In this document: positions 23,100 to 33,825 of the stretch, piece by piece
Numbering within the stretch: the first letter of the stretch is position 1
How the letters are laid out: every line of letters begins with the position of its first letter
Assembly: GCF_000142905.1 (NCBI RefSeq)
Contig: NW_013657647.1
Coordinates: forward strand, 1 to 64,000
Length of the DNA: 64,000 bases
From: Thecamonas trahens ATCC 50062
Taxonomy: Eukaryota > Protista > Apusomonadida
Direction of reading: 5' to 3'
Notes under the pieces: generated by a model
What the model saw: only the letters and a program-made list of their open reading frames with translations
Told to the model about the DNA's origin: nothing
Database searches by the model: none
Made by a program: the position numbers and the translations under genes

Positions 23100-24249
23100 C
23101 GACGAGCAGAAAGCCTACCCCCATCACCCCACCGTGCCAGCCCCCTATCTGTAAGTTGCTGCCGCTCACCCTACCTAGCGCCGGCACCACCCTCTCCCCA
23201 TAAACTTACCAGCCGACTCGAGCTTATCAAACAGCAACGGCAGGACGACGTTCTTCGGCAACCGCCATCCATCCTCCCAATGATAGTTCTGGGTGGCCTT
23301 GGTCGGATCACGACTGTCGCCCTCCCCCCCCCCCCCCCCCCCACCCCACACACACGTGCGCGCGCGCATGGTTAGGGCCCGACCATCCACCGCCATCGCG
23401 AGTCAAGAGCCACATCCACAACCACAACGCGCCAACCAGCACCACCATCACCACCATCATCACCATCGCCACCTCCACAATGAGTCTCTTCTCTCTCATC
23501 GCCACCACCCCTCACAAGCACACCCCACGACGTCCGTGACAACGTACAGGAACGACTGAATGACAGAGACCGGGACCTGGCCCTTGACGCACCAAGCGGT
23601 ACCGGCCCATTCGACAGTAGCGTAGACCCTGTTCTCCAAGCAGCAGCGCCACCACCACCACAAGTAGCGAGATCACCAGCACGATGGCCACCAGTACCAG
23701 CACCAGCACCAGCACCAGCACCAGCACCACCAGCAACAGCAACAGAACCAAATCAGCGACCCACATTCCCGTCAACCACAGCAACAGCAACATGCCCATG
23801 ACAGCCATTCTCCACATGAGTACACCCACACCTACATGACAAATAACCCACCCACCATGTACCCACCATGTATATACCCCCCTCCCCCCTCCCCTTTCTT
23901 CCATTCCTCCCCTCCCCTCCCCAACCCCCCAACCCCTTCCTATCCCTTTTCTCTCGGTTGCCTGTCCGCAACGCATTCTGTCCACCCCTCCCCCCCCCCC
24001 CCCCCATACACCACCACAGAGAAGACATAGTGTGCATAGAGATGAGGAAGGAATACCAAGAGCGTGAATGAGACTGCTACGTACATGGTGTATGTGATAA
24101 AGGAGACGTGTGTGGGTGTGTGTGGGTGTGTGTGGGTATGTGTGGGTGTGTGTGGGTGTTCGTGTGGGTGGTGGTGGCTGCTTCACGGCAGCCTGGTCGG
24201 GTGAGCGAGCAAGGCAAGACCTCACGTAGCATACCACCTGGTTGGCAAC

Positions 24250-25023
24250 ATGGGCTCTACCGAGTTTATGGTGCAGATGGAAGAGCTTAGCATGGCAGCT
24301 GTTCGTATGCAAGAGCTCATGCGCAAGTCTCCTCATGCAGCGGTGGAAGCAGGTGTGCCTTCGTCATGCCTTCCTGCCCTTGACGCCACTCTGGCTTCGG
24401 TTCTTGCTGTCGCCGATTCGACCAAGCGCCTGGCAGCTTCTCAGGCATCGCTCTCTCCCGAGTCTCATCCTGATCCTGGCATGACTTCATCGCTACTGCC
24501 ATCAACTGCTGCTCCTGCTCTGCTGCCTGCATCGACTCCTCCGCCTGTCGTGGGCGAGCCTTCCGTTCCGCCGTACTTGCCGCCGCCGGAGTCAGGCTCG
24601 GTTCCGTCGTCGGCCCCGCCAGCCTCGGCTCCTCCGCCGGCAGTGGTGGCTTCGGCACCACCGCCCGAGTTTGGCGATGGTGTGGACGAGGCCAAGGTTG
24701 CATCGGTCATGCGGTTTGCTCAGTGTTCGAGGGAGCTGGCTATCGAGGCTCTGCAGGTCATGCCCGCTGTGGAGCAGGCGACCATGCATGCCATCTCACT
24801 GCGATCGGCGCGCGCCGCAGCAGCGCCTCCTCCTGCCGGCCCGCCTCCTGCTCGCCCGCCTCCTGCTCGCCCGCCTCCGGGTGGCCGGCCAGCCGGCCCG
24901 CCTCCTGGTCCCCCGCCGACGGCTACCCCACCCCCACCGACGGCCTGGTCGTGCGCCTCGTGCACCTACGAAAACGACGTGTCCGCTCCTACTTGCGGCA
25001 TGTGCACCGCTCCGCGGCCCTGA
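24250..25023 (+). CDS. UBA-like plus Pro-rich plus C-terminal NZF/RanBP2-type zinc-finger protein; 5' exons probably unresolved
   Basis: UBA-like DEAKVASVMRFAQCSRELAIEAL; NZF WSCASCTYENDVSAPTCGMC; acceptor-like CTCAC..TAG just upstream. Confidence 0.75.
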   Translation: MGSTEFMVQMEELSMAAVRMQELMRKSPHAAVEAGVPSSCLPALDATLASVLAVADSTKRLAASQASLSPESHPDPGMTSSLLPSTAAPALLPASTPPPVVGEPSVPPYLPPPESGSVPSSAPPASAPPPAVVASAPPPEFGDGVDEAKVASVMRFAQCSRELAIEALQVMPAVEQATMHAISLRSARAAAAPPPAGPPPARPPPARPPPGGRPAGPPPGPPPTATPPPPTAWSCASCTYENDVSAPTCGMCTAPRP

Positions 25024-25034
25024 TTTGAGGACAT

Positions 25035-26261
25035 TTACCTCCTCTGCCTCCTCTTTTCGCCGCGATTAAACGGAGGAACGTACTTGGCCGGCGCGTTGGC
25101 TGGCTCGCTCGCCCACAGCGGCTGCTCGCCGCCTCCACCGATGTTGGCGTACGGCTGGAAGGCCGGAGGGTCAAACACAACCGGTTGCGGCGCAGGCCAC
25201 GCTGCCGGAGCTGGCTGCAGCGACGGCTGCAGCAATGGCTGCAGAAGCGGCTCCATCGGCACGCCGCCGAGGCTCGTCGTAGGACCAGGCGGCGGCCTCA
25301 TGCCAAATGCGACGCCGGTCCCAGCCCGCGCCCACGCCGGCAGCGCCGCGTCGTCAGCCACAGGCGCCACGCCAAACTGGCCATACGGCAAAGGCTCGGC
25401 CAGCACGCCACTAGCCGTGTTCGGCATCGCCAGTCCGGGAACAAATCCACCGGGAGCCATTCCTTGCAGCATGCCTGGCATCATCAGCCCCGGCATCGCG
25501 TCCGGGACGAGCGCTGCCGTCGGCAATGGGCCAGTTGGTCCCGTCACTGGGAGCGGCATCGGCGAGACAAGTGGCGGCAGAGTCGTGGCGGGTGCTGGTG
25601 CGGCGGACGGAACCTGCTCGGGTGTTGACACGAGAGCGGGAGCGGGAACGGCACGAGTAGGAGAGGGGGCAGGCGCGGGCTTGGTCTGCTGCACGGCTCG
25701 CTGCTTGACGTTGGGCGTGGTCTCGGGCCTGACCTTGTCTCTCGGCATCTTCTTGGCTTTGGACTGCTGGATTACCTTTGCATCGGGCTTGCGTTTGTGG
25801 ATGGCATCAGTCGCCGACGGCGGCTGCACACCTCCAGTGGCGCGAGAACTTGCTGTCTTTTTCTTGCGGCCCTTCTTATCGATGGCAACCCAGCCATCAT
25901 CCTCGGCCTCCTTCTCGACAGCCTTTTGTGCTGCAGCTTGTCTGTTCCAGAACTCAATCATTCGCTGCTGCTGCAAGTACTCTTCCCGCTGCCGCCATTC
26001 ACCACCATCACCACCACCAGCCAGCCATCACCACCAACCGATCACCATCAACCAATATCATCACCAGCCGTTCAGCACCAACCATCCTCCACACCATCAG
26101 TTCCAGGCCCATCCCAACTATAACCCCCCCCCCCCCCCCCCCGCCGCGCGTACCGTCAGGCCCATATCATTCCCAGGCAAAGCGCACTCCTCCCCTCCAC
26201 TACTGCTCTTCTCGTCCACCAGCAAGTTGTTCTTGTTCTTCTTCTTTCTCCGTCGTCCCAT
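25035..26261 (-). CDS. Hypothetical basic/Pro-rich protein; exons 26261-26154, 25988-25035
   Basis: MGRRRKKKNKNN... splices in phase 0 (GTACGC..CAG) to REEYLQQQRMIEFW; contains DDGWVAIDKKGRKKK and C-terminal KYVPPFNR. Confidence 0.6.
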
Positions 26262-26417
26262 CTTGCCTACCGACAGATCCCCCAGCTTTGTGCTCTTCTG
26301 TCGTCCTTGTAGCGAGTGCGAGTCGAGTGGTGTGCCTGCGGGACAGGTCTGCCGCTTTCCCGCACCTCCTAATCAGTGTCCGGATCGACAACTCATCGTT
26401 TATCGACAGCTCGTGCT

Positions 26418-29400
26418 TCATTTCATATCGCTACCACCACCACTGCCACAGCTACTGCTGTCGTCGTCGGCGTCGTCGTAATCGTCGTCGCTAGAACTGT
26501 TGTCGTCGACGAGAGCAGAGAGGCCTTGCGACTGACCTCCCAGAGAGGGGACCGAGAACGAGAGGATCGACGGCATGCTCACATCGTTCGACGCGACCGG
26601 AAGGGCTGCCATCGAGGACTGACATTGGTGATCGGCATAGACGTACGAGAGACCAAATTCGTGCTGAGAACTGTCATCAGAATCGTCGTCGTCGACATGG
26701 GACGAGGTCGTCGTCGTCGTCGCCGTCGACCTCCCCTGCTGCGTTCCGCCGCGGACGAGCGAGCTGGTGAGCGAAGCGGTCGGCAGCGATGCCGATGCCG
26801 ATGCCGATGCCGAGATTGAGTCCCAGTACTCAGGGTACGAGGCTTGTGCTGCTAGTGATGCTGCGAGTCCTTGCATCGCCCGCTCCTCATGCTCCTCGCT
26901 GTTGCCATCACTCGACCCAGCCTCGGTCAGCGTGGCGTTGGTCTTGCTGCGCTCGCCGTCGCCACCCGCCGCCGACGTGGGCCAGAGCGAAGCTACAGGA
27001 AGAGACACGCTCGATAGCGGGACAGAAGGCATCGAGGGCTGCGAGTGTCGCGGGTGCGAGCTCAACGTCATCGAGCCCGACACCATCGAGCCCGACGCGA
27101 AAAAGTCCGATCCCGACCACAACTCGAGCGATGTCGAGCACGACCGAGCTGCCTCGGCGGTTGGAGTTGTTGCCGACGATGTCGACGATGATGAGGACGA
27201 CGACGACGATGAAGATGAAGATGATGAAGACGATGAAGACGATGAAGACGATGATGAGGCCATCGTCGAGGAGCCCAAGTCATGGCCTCGCCCGTGGTAT
27301 GACCGCCGGGCGACGCGCCGCCGCCGCTTCTTCTTCTTCTTCGTCTCCTCGACCAAGCACCGTGACAGCAGCGTGTTCGACACAGATGACGAAAACATCG
27401 AGCTGGTAAACGAGGCTAATGAGACGCTGGGCTCGGTATCGGAGCCACTAGACTCCGAGCTGTTGTGGCACGCACGGCTCGCACCGAGGTTGTCCTCCAG
27501 CGGGAGACTCGCCACCGATGCTGAATACTTGGGCACAGGCCGATCTTCGGTCTCGATAGCCTCCACAACCAGCGATGCCCGTGACCACGAGTTGACCGAC
27601 TCGGACGACTCAGATATCGAGGCGCTGAGAGAAGCGCCGAGCAAGGAGCGCGAGTGCGATTGGCCAATCGCCGTGCTCATGTGGTTTCGTGCGAGCATGC
27701 GAAACGGCAGGCTCGGCGAGGGCGCCGCACTTGCCGCGCCATACTCACCAGCTCGCAGCTGGAGAGAGTAGAGGCTTGATGCTGCACCAATCCCCGCAGA
27801 CACCACCACCGCAAGCGATGACGATGACACCAGCCGCACCGGGGGGGGAGCATGACATGCTGGACTAATCCTCCCGTCCGCATCGCTCGGACCTCGACGC
27901 CCGTCGCCGAAACACCGAGCACATACCGCCCAAGCCCCACCACCGCCAGTGGCACACCCGTCCACCGGATGGCCACCCGCGGTTTGGCCAAGGCTCCGCT
28001 CGAGGTCGCCACAAGATGAGCATCCAGTCCGGCGGAGCACATGACGTGCGAGGCAGGACCGTCAAGATCCGCTCCCACGCTATGGGTTTTCATCAGCCGC
28101 GACCGCCCAGGAGGTAGCTCCAGCCGTCGCATTGCCTGCGTCGGCGGATCAAACAGCACCAAGCCCGACGAGAACTGGAGCACAAGCTGGCCCGACGTCA
28201 GAAATGAGAGTCCGGCCACAGGCAGATCGATACAGAGCGTCGCCGCGATCTTGAACGACGCCAGCGGCGGCGCCCAAGCAAAGACGTGGACAACTCGCCC
28301 CACTCCCACTGCCACCTTGGGCTCGCGGCCCTCGGCGCCATGCGACGCAAACGTGACCGCATTAGCCGTCTCCGGCAACCGCTTCAGCACCCACTCGCCC
28401 ACAGAGTCCAGATAGAGATAGCCGACACCCAGCGATGCCATGCTAAACTGCACCAAGCACACATGCAGGGCCGGAAAGACTTCGAGCTTCGCCGCCGGCT
28501 CCTCGATAAGCGTCAGCGCCGACCCGGCTGCGTTGTCGGTCATGTACACCCCATCCCTGGTCGAAAACACCACAAACTCGCCGTAGAGACCCGCCGACCG
28601 GATCTGGGCCATGTCGGGCGTGGCCAAGACCTTCTTCACCTCGACCGACATGGCGGCCGTCGCCACCACCACGCCCAGCTCGCGCGACAGGGCCTCAACC
28701 ACCGCTGCCGTGCCGCCATCGCCGGTCTCAAAGCCAGCCACCCCCGAGCTCACCGAGACGTACATCGACTCGAGTGCAGAGGTAAACCGCTCGGCGCGAA
28801 GCGTCGCGGCAAGCTTCGGACTCGCGCTCGCAGTCTGTCGTCCAGCCGCATGCTCCGAGTTGACGAGCGCAGTGCAGAGCGCGGCCATCGTTGCAGTCTC
28901 TCGTCTGATCACCGCCGGATGGCGCGACGGCTGGACCGCAGGTGCAACCACAACCTGACAGGCGTAGCCGACGTCTGTCGGCACGAGCACCGCTACTGAT
29001 GATGGCGCTCCTGCCGCCCCAGCCTCCCACGGCAGCGTGTACGGCACCGCAGCGTTGTTGGTCACCAACACAATGACACACCCGCCGTCAACAGCTTCAG
29101 GCACCATCTCAAACGCATCGCTGCTCTCGATCAGCCCCCGCAGCGTCCCCAGAGCAGCCTCGTCGTCGCCGACATGCTTGATGGCAATCGTGTGCGTCCG
29201 CTTGTACATCTCGCGCTCCATGGCCAGCAGCGTCTCGACCACTTTGACGCCAACAACCTGCCTGAAATGTTCGCACTTACGCGCGAGCTTGCGCGAGTAC
29301 GTTGCCAACACAAACCGCAGCAGCGCCGGCGGAGATGTCATGTCCTCCGGTACAAAGATCTCCAGCGGGCTCGCCCCGGTCGGCGACCATAGGATCGCCC

Positions 29401-30010
29401 GCATCCCGTACGCGATCCGGAGGAGCGAGACAGCATGCACCCCGCCGAGCTCAGGCAGGTTTGCCACAAAGTTGTAGTGCTGCGTCGCACCCACAAAGTA
29501 CTCCTCATACCACGCCAAACTCGACGCAACCTCCTCGGCCGCCTCGGTCTCGGTTGCCTCGCTCATGATCCGCCCGGGAAGCCATCCGGGCGAGCCCCTC
29601 ACCAGCCACGCGCACGCGTCTGGGTTCTTACCCATCGGCCGCGGCCTCATCGCCTCCGCCTTCTCTCTGCAACGTCTCGTCACAAAGCACGCCTCCCGCA
29701 GGATCGAGTGCCAAGCCGCGGCCTCACTCGTTATCCCGGCCACCACCTCCAGCTCGTTGACTCCGGTACTGCGGTTAATGAAAGAGATGCCGCCACGAAC
29801 CGATTTCGTAGGTTGCGGCTTGACCCGCCGGAGATCAATGCGGGTAACTGTCGTGCCGCCCGTTTCCGCCTGATCCATGGAGTTCAAATATAGACTCTTG
29901 TTGCGCACATACGCATCACACCAAACACTTTGTTGGATGTGATGGAAGGAGGTGAGTTGTGCAGCAGTTGCATGTACGTACCCATCGTCCACAAAGTTTT
30001 GTTCCACCAA
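26418..30010 (-). CDS. PH-like plus degenerate RapGAP plus CNH domain protein (GARNL3-like) with Ser-rich tail; frame break at G8 27841-27848; 5' exon unresolved
   Basis: WYEEYFVGATQHYNFVA...MRAILWSPTG matches the RapGAP/GARNL3 dimerisation region, followed by TALVNSEHAA. CNH-type IRWTGVPLAV...YVLGVSATGVEVRAMRTGGLVQ. Adding one base joins the ORF ending at 26418. Confidence 0.65.
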
Positions 30011-30566
30011 CTACCGACTGGTCAAGACCAGTTGATGACCAAGTCCCTCTTCGGTCTTCCCGCACCCACCCACCCACCCACCTACCATGCCCTCATTCCA
30101 AGTCCAAGCCAACCCTCCTACATTGCTCCCTCCTGCCCTCCTCCCTTCCGCCACACCCACCCCTCTCCCGTATTGCCTCCCTCATGACTTACGCTCCGCC
30201 ATCGCGTGGCACCATAAGGCGCCCCGTGGCACTCATGGCACACCTTCAAGTTGTGTGTTGCGGATGCGCTGAACAAAGCGTCAAAAAAAGTAGCTGAGCG
30301 AGTCGTCGAAAAAAAACGCCGCACCCTGCCCTAATTGGCTACACAGTGTTTGTGTCGCCGCCGATGCCTATGGAGTCCGAGCCCAAAGACCAAGATTCGT
30401 ACTTCGAGCTCTCTCCCCTCTTCCCCTCCTCCTTCTCCCCGCCCGACAGCTGTCGATGCGACCTTGGCGCGCCAGTCAGCTGCCAATATGACACTAACGT
30501 GCCATTGCGGCGGTGTCAACGAGGTACACTCATCTCAACTAATCGTTGTCATCACAGCCGCATCTC

Positions 30567-31642
30567 ATGCGGCCGCGCCGTGGATCCGGGTCAAGAGGAC
30601 AGTCGCATCGCAGTCGCCTTGGCACGAGCTTGTCCCGACTATGGATGCTGTTGCTGCGGACGTCGACGCTGCGGAAGATGATGTATGTGCTGGCGGTGGC
30701 GGTTGCCATGGTCACGCTGTACTCGATCGCCACCAGTCCCATGGCGACTGGGCGCAACCGGCGCCAGGCACTGCTGCGGCAGGTCATGGTCAAGGCACGG
30801 GCGGCAGTGTTTGACGTCGCCCTCACCAAGGAGTGCGGCAAGGTAGACGAAAAGGTGGAGGAGCTGGTTGCTGGCCGCAGGCAAGAGCTGAAGAAGCTTG
30901 GTGGCAAGCACATGGTCGGTCTCTCCTTTGACGACTTTTGGCTGAGCGAGTGGCTCGACGACCTGCTGCCGGTCCTCGACTCGGCGGGCGCCAAAGCCAC
31001 GTTCTTTGTCCCCACCTCTCGGATTGCGGCAGCGTCCAAGATCGAGCTGGACATGCTGGACGCGCTCGTCGAGGCCGGCCACGAGATTGGCCACCACTCG
31101 CACACCCACGGCAATGCGGCAGAGTTTGTCAACGGCCCTGCCTACGCCTCGCTCCTCCGCGAGTACTTGCTCGGCGAAGTCGCCGACGGCTGTGATGCCT
31201 TTGCCGATGCAAGCTACGACCTTCGCTCAACTTTGCCTATCCGTATGGCGCGACCCACGAGATTCTCGACGCCTCGCTCCTGCCGAGCTTTGGCCTGCTC
31301 CGGACCACCGACGGCCCGCTCCTCGACGACATGCCGTCGGCCACAGACATTGACGCCGCCATTCCACTGAGGGATGCGGCTGGCGCAGTTGGTGCACTTG
31401 GCCTCGACGAACCCGTCTCGGAAGTGGTAGTCAACACGCTCTTTGCTGACCTGGCCGCTCTCGACGAGCCGCACGTTCTCCTCTTCTACGGCCACCGCAC
31501 CTCGCCGCAAGCCCGCCTCCATGTCGAGCTGAGCAAGCTCCACCGGATTATCGCCCACGGTCGTGCGCTCGGCCTCGAGTTTGTCACCTTTGCCGACATC
31601 TACCTTGCTCGCAGTCTCCGCACTCGCCCGACCGTCCAATAG
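30567..31642 (+). CDS. Membrane-anchored polysaccharide deacetylase (NodB/CE4); frame break near 31220-31228
   Basis: N-terminal TM segment YVLAVAVAMVTLYSIA; LSFDD, ATFFV, GHEIGHHSHTH; adding one base gives NFAYPYG; then LLFYGH and GLEFVTF. Confidence 0.82.
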
Positions 31643-31665
31643 CAAGTGCAGCGAGACGTCGCTGT

Positions 31666-33043
31666 TTACTCTACCGCCGGAGCTGGCGCTGTGGCTGTCG
31701 GCGCTGCGACCGTCGGTGCCGCCACCACCGGTGCTGCGGAGACCGGTGCTGCAGCCACAACATGTGTCTGTGGTGTTGGCTGCACCACGTCCATAGGCGC
31801 GGCCTCATTGGCGCTGGCGACAGCCTCGACCCCGGCGCCGGATGGGACAGTAGCGCCGGCGGCGACAGCCTCGGCCTTGGCCCTTGCAGCAGCGGCAGCG
31901 GCCTCGGCCGCCTTGGCCTTTGCAGCAGCGGCAACCTCGGCCGCCTTGGCTGCCTCGGCCTTGGCTTTGGCCTCGACTGCAGCCTGGTGGGCGGCTTGCC
32001 GGGTAGCTTCGATTGTCTGGCGGACAAACTCGCGATGCGAGCGGATTTTGACCAGCCGCGAGAACCGGCGGAGCGTGTCGACCTCGTTCGGCTTCCGCGC
32101 CCGGCGGAGGTGGTAGTTGACTGCGGCAACAAGCGCCTCGCGGTCGTCCTCGGCCTCGGCCGCGCTCCCGCGAGACGCCACGTCCATAGCCATGAGCTCA
32201 TCTAGCGATTTCGGCTCGACACACAGCCCAGCTTCGATCATTTGCTGGTGGGCGCGCTCGGCCTCGGCCACAACAGCCTCGTGAGTCCCAGTCCGAGCCC
32301 GCGGCCGGCCCTTTTCCATCAAATAACGATACGGTCCCAGGTGCTTGTCCACAAACTCCATCTCCTCCTCGACCGAGTACGACGATGGCAGTCCCGCGAG
32401 CTTGATATCATATCCTAGCTGCCGTGTACCTGCTCCAGCCTTGGCTTCCGCCTCTGCAACGGCCTTTGCACCGACCTCTACACCGACCTCGGCACCGACC
32501 TCTTCCCCCGCCTTTGTCGTCGCTGCTCCAGTTCCAGTTCCAGCTTCAGCTTCAGCTCCAGCTCTAGCTCTAGCACTAGCCCTGGACTCGGTAGCGGTTG
32601 CCGCTGGAGTCGTTGCTGCCATTGTCATTGGCTCACCATTCTTGGCGGCGCCTCCCTCGGCCCCAGCAGCCCCAACCTCGGCCCCAGTGGCCTCGGTCCC
32701 CGCCTTGGCCCTCGCCTCGGCCCCAGTGACCTCGGCCCCCGCCTCGGCCCCCGCCTCGGCCCCCGCCTCGGCCCCAGTCTCAGGCCCAATCTGACCTTGG
32801 CCCTCGTTGGGCTTGCCTTGCTCGACTCTAGCAACAGACTCGCTCTCCTCCGCTGCTTTCTCGCGCGGTGCAGGAGTGACGCCCGAGGCAACGCTGTGTG
32901 GAAGGAGAACAGCGCCGCGAGCGCGCTGGGCAAGACGAGCCACGTCGACCTGGTAGTACGCCTTGTACCGCTTGAGAGACTCTACCTCACACACGGCGAG
33001 GTCGACACGCCCTCCTCCACGCTTGCGCTTGAGTGTGTTCATG
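31666..33043 (-). CDS. Hypothetical Ala/Glu-rich protein; 5' part probably lost in the adjacent gap
   Basis: Open frame of ~460 codons with GAEA repeats and a globular segment (EEEMEFVDKHLGPYRYLMEKG); acceptor-like TTGCAG near 33044. Confidence 0.5.
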
Positions 33044-33263
33044 CTGCAACACAAGTATGTGAGTGGGGTCTGTCGTTTCTAGCCCACGAGAGCACCTCCT
33101 CTTCTGTTGCTCGTGGGTGTGGGTGTGGGTGTGTGTGTGGGGGGGGGGGTGGGTTTGGCCGACTTGAACGAATCGGTCACCCGCTACAACCATTGTTTCA
33201 TCATTGCCATTATCGTTTCTCACCAGACAGCAGAGGCCAGCACAACAAAGCACAAAGACACAG

Positions 33264-33736
33264 NNNNNNNNNNNNNNNNNNNNNNNNNNNNNNNNNNNNN
33301 NNNNNNNNNNNNNNNNNNNNNNNNNNNNNNNNNNNNNNNNNNNNNNNNNNNNNNNNNNNNNNNNNNNNNNNNNNNNNNNNNNNNNNNNNNNNNNNNNNNN
33401 NNNNNNNNNNNNNNNNNNNNNNNNNNNNNNNNNNNNNNNNNNNNNNNNNNNNNNNNNNNNNNNNNNNNNNNNNNNNNNNNNNNNNNNNNNNNNNNNNNNN
33501 NNNNNNNNNNNNNNNNNNNNNNNNNNNNNNNNNNNNNNNNNNNNNNNNNNNNNNNNNNNNNNNNNNNNNNNNNNNNNNNNNNNNNNNNNNNNNNNNNNNN
33601 NNNNNNNNNNNNNNNNNNNNNNNNNNNNNNNNNNNNNNNNNNNNNNNNNNNNNNNNNNNNNNNNNNNNNNNNNNNNNNNNNNNNNNNNNNNNNNNNNNNN
33701 NNNNNNNNNNNNNNNNNNNNNNNNNNNNNNNNNNNN
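33264..33736. other. Assembly gap (473 N)
   Basis: Run of n characters. Confidence 1.
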
Positions 33737-33825
33737 TCCCCCCCCCCAGTCCTCCCCCCTTCCCCGACGGTGACAAGGGGGACAACACCACTCTCAGCTC
33801 AGCAGCCCTCGTTTAGCAACATAGG

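Noticed and set aside
23480-24100. Hydrophobic minus-strand ORF (VLVLVL) and Pro/Ala-rich plus-strand frame
   Set aside because: Explained by (ACCAGC)n simple repeats; no clear start or splice path.
26767-27771. 334-aa acidic plus-strand ORF
   Set aside because: Antisense shadow of the Ser-rich tail of the GARNL3-like gene.
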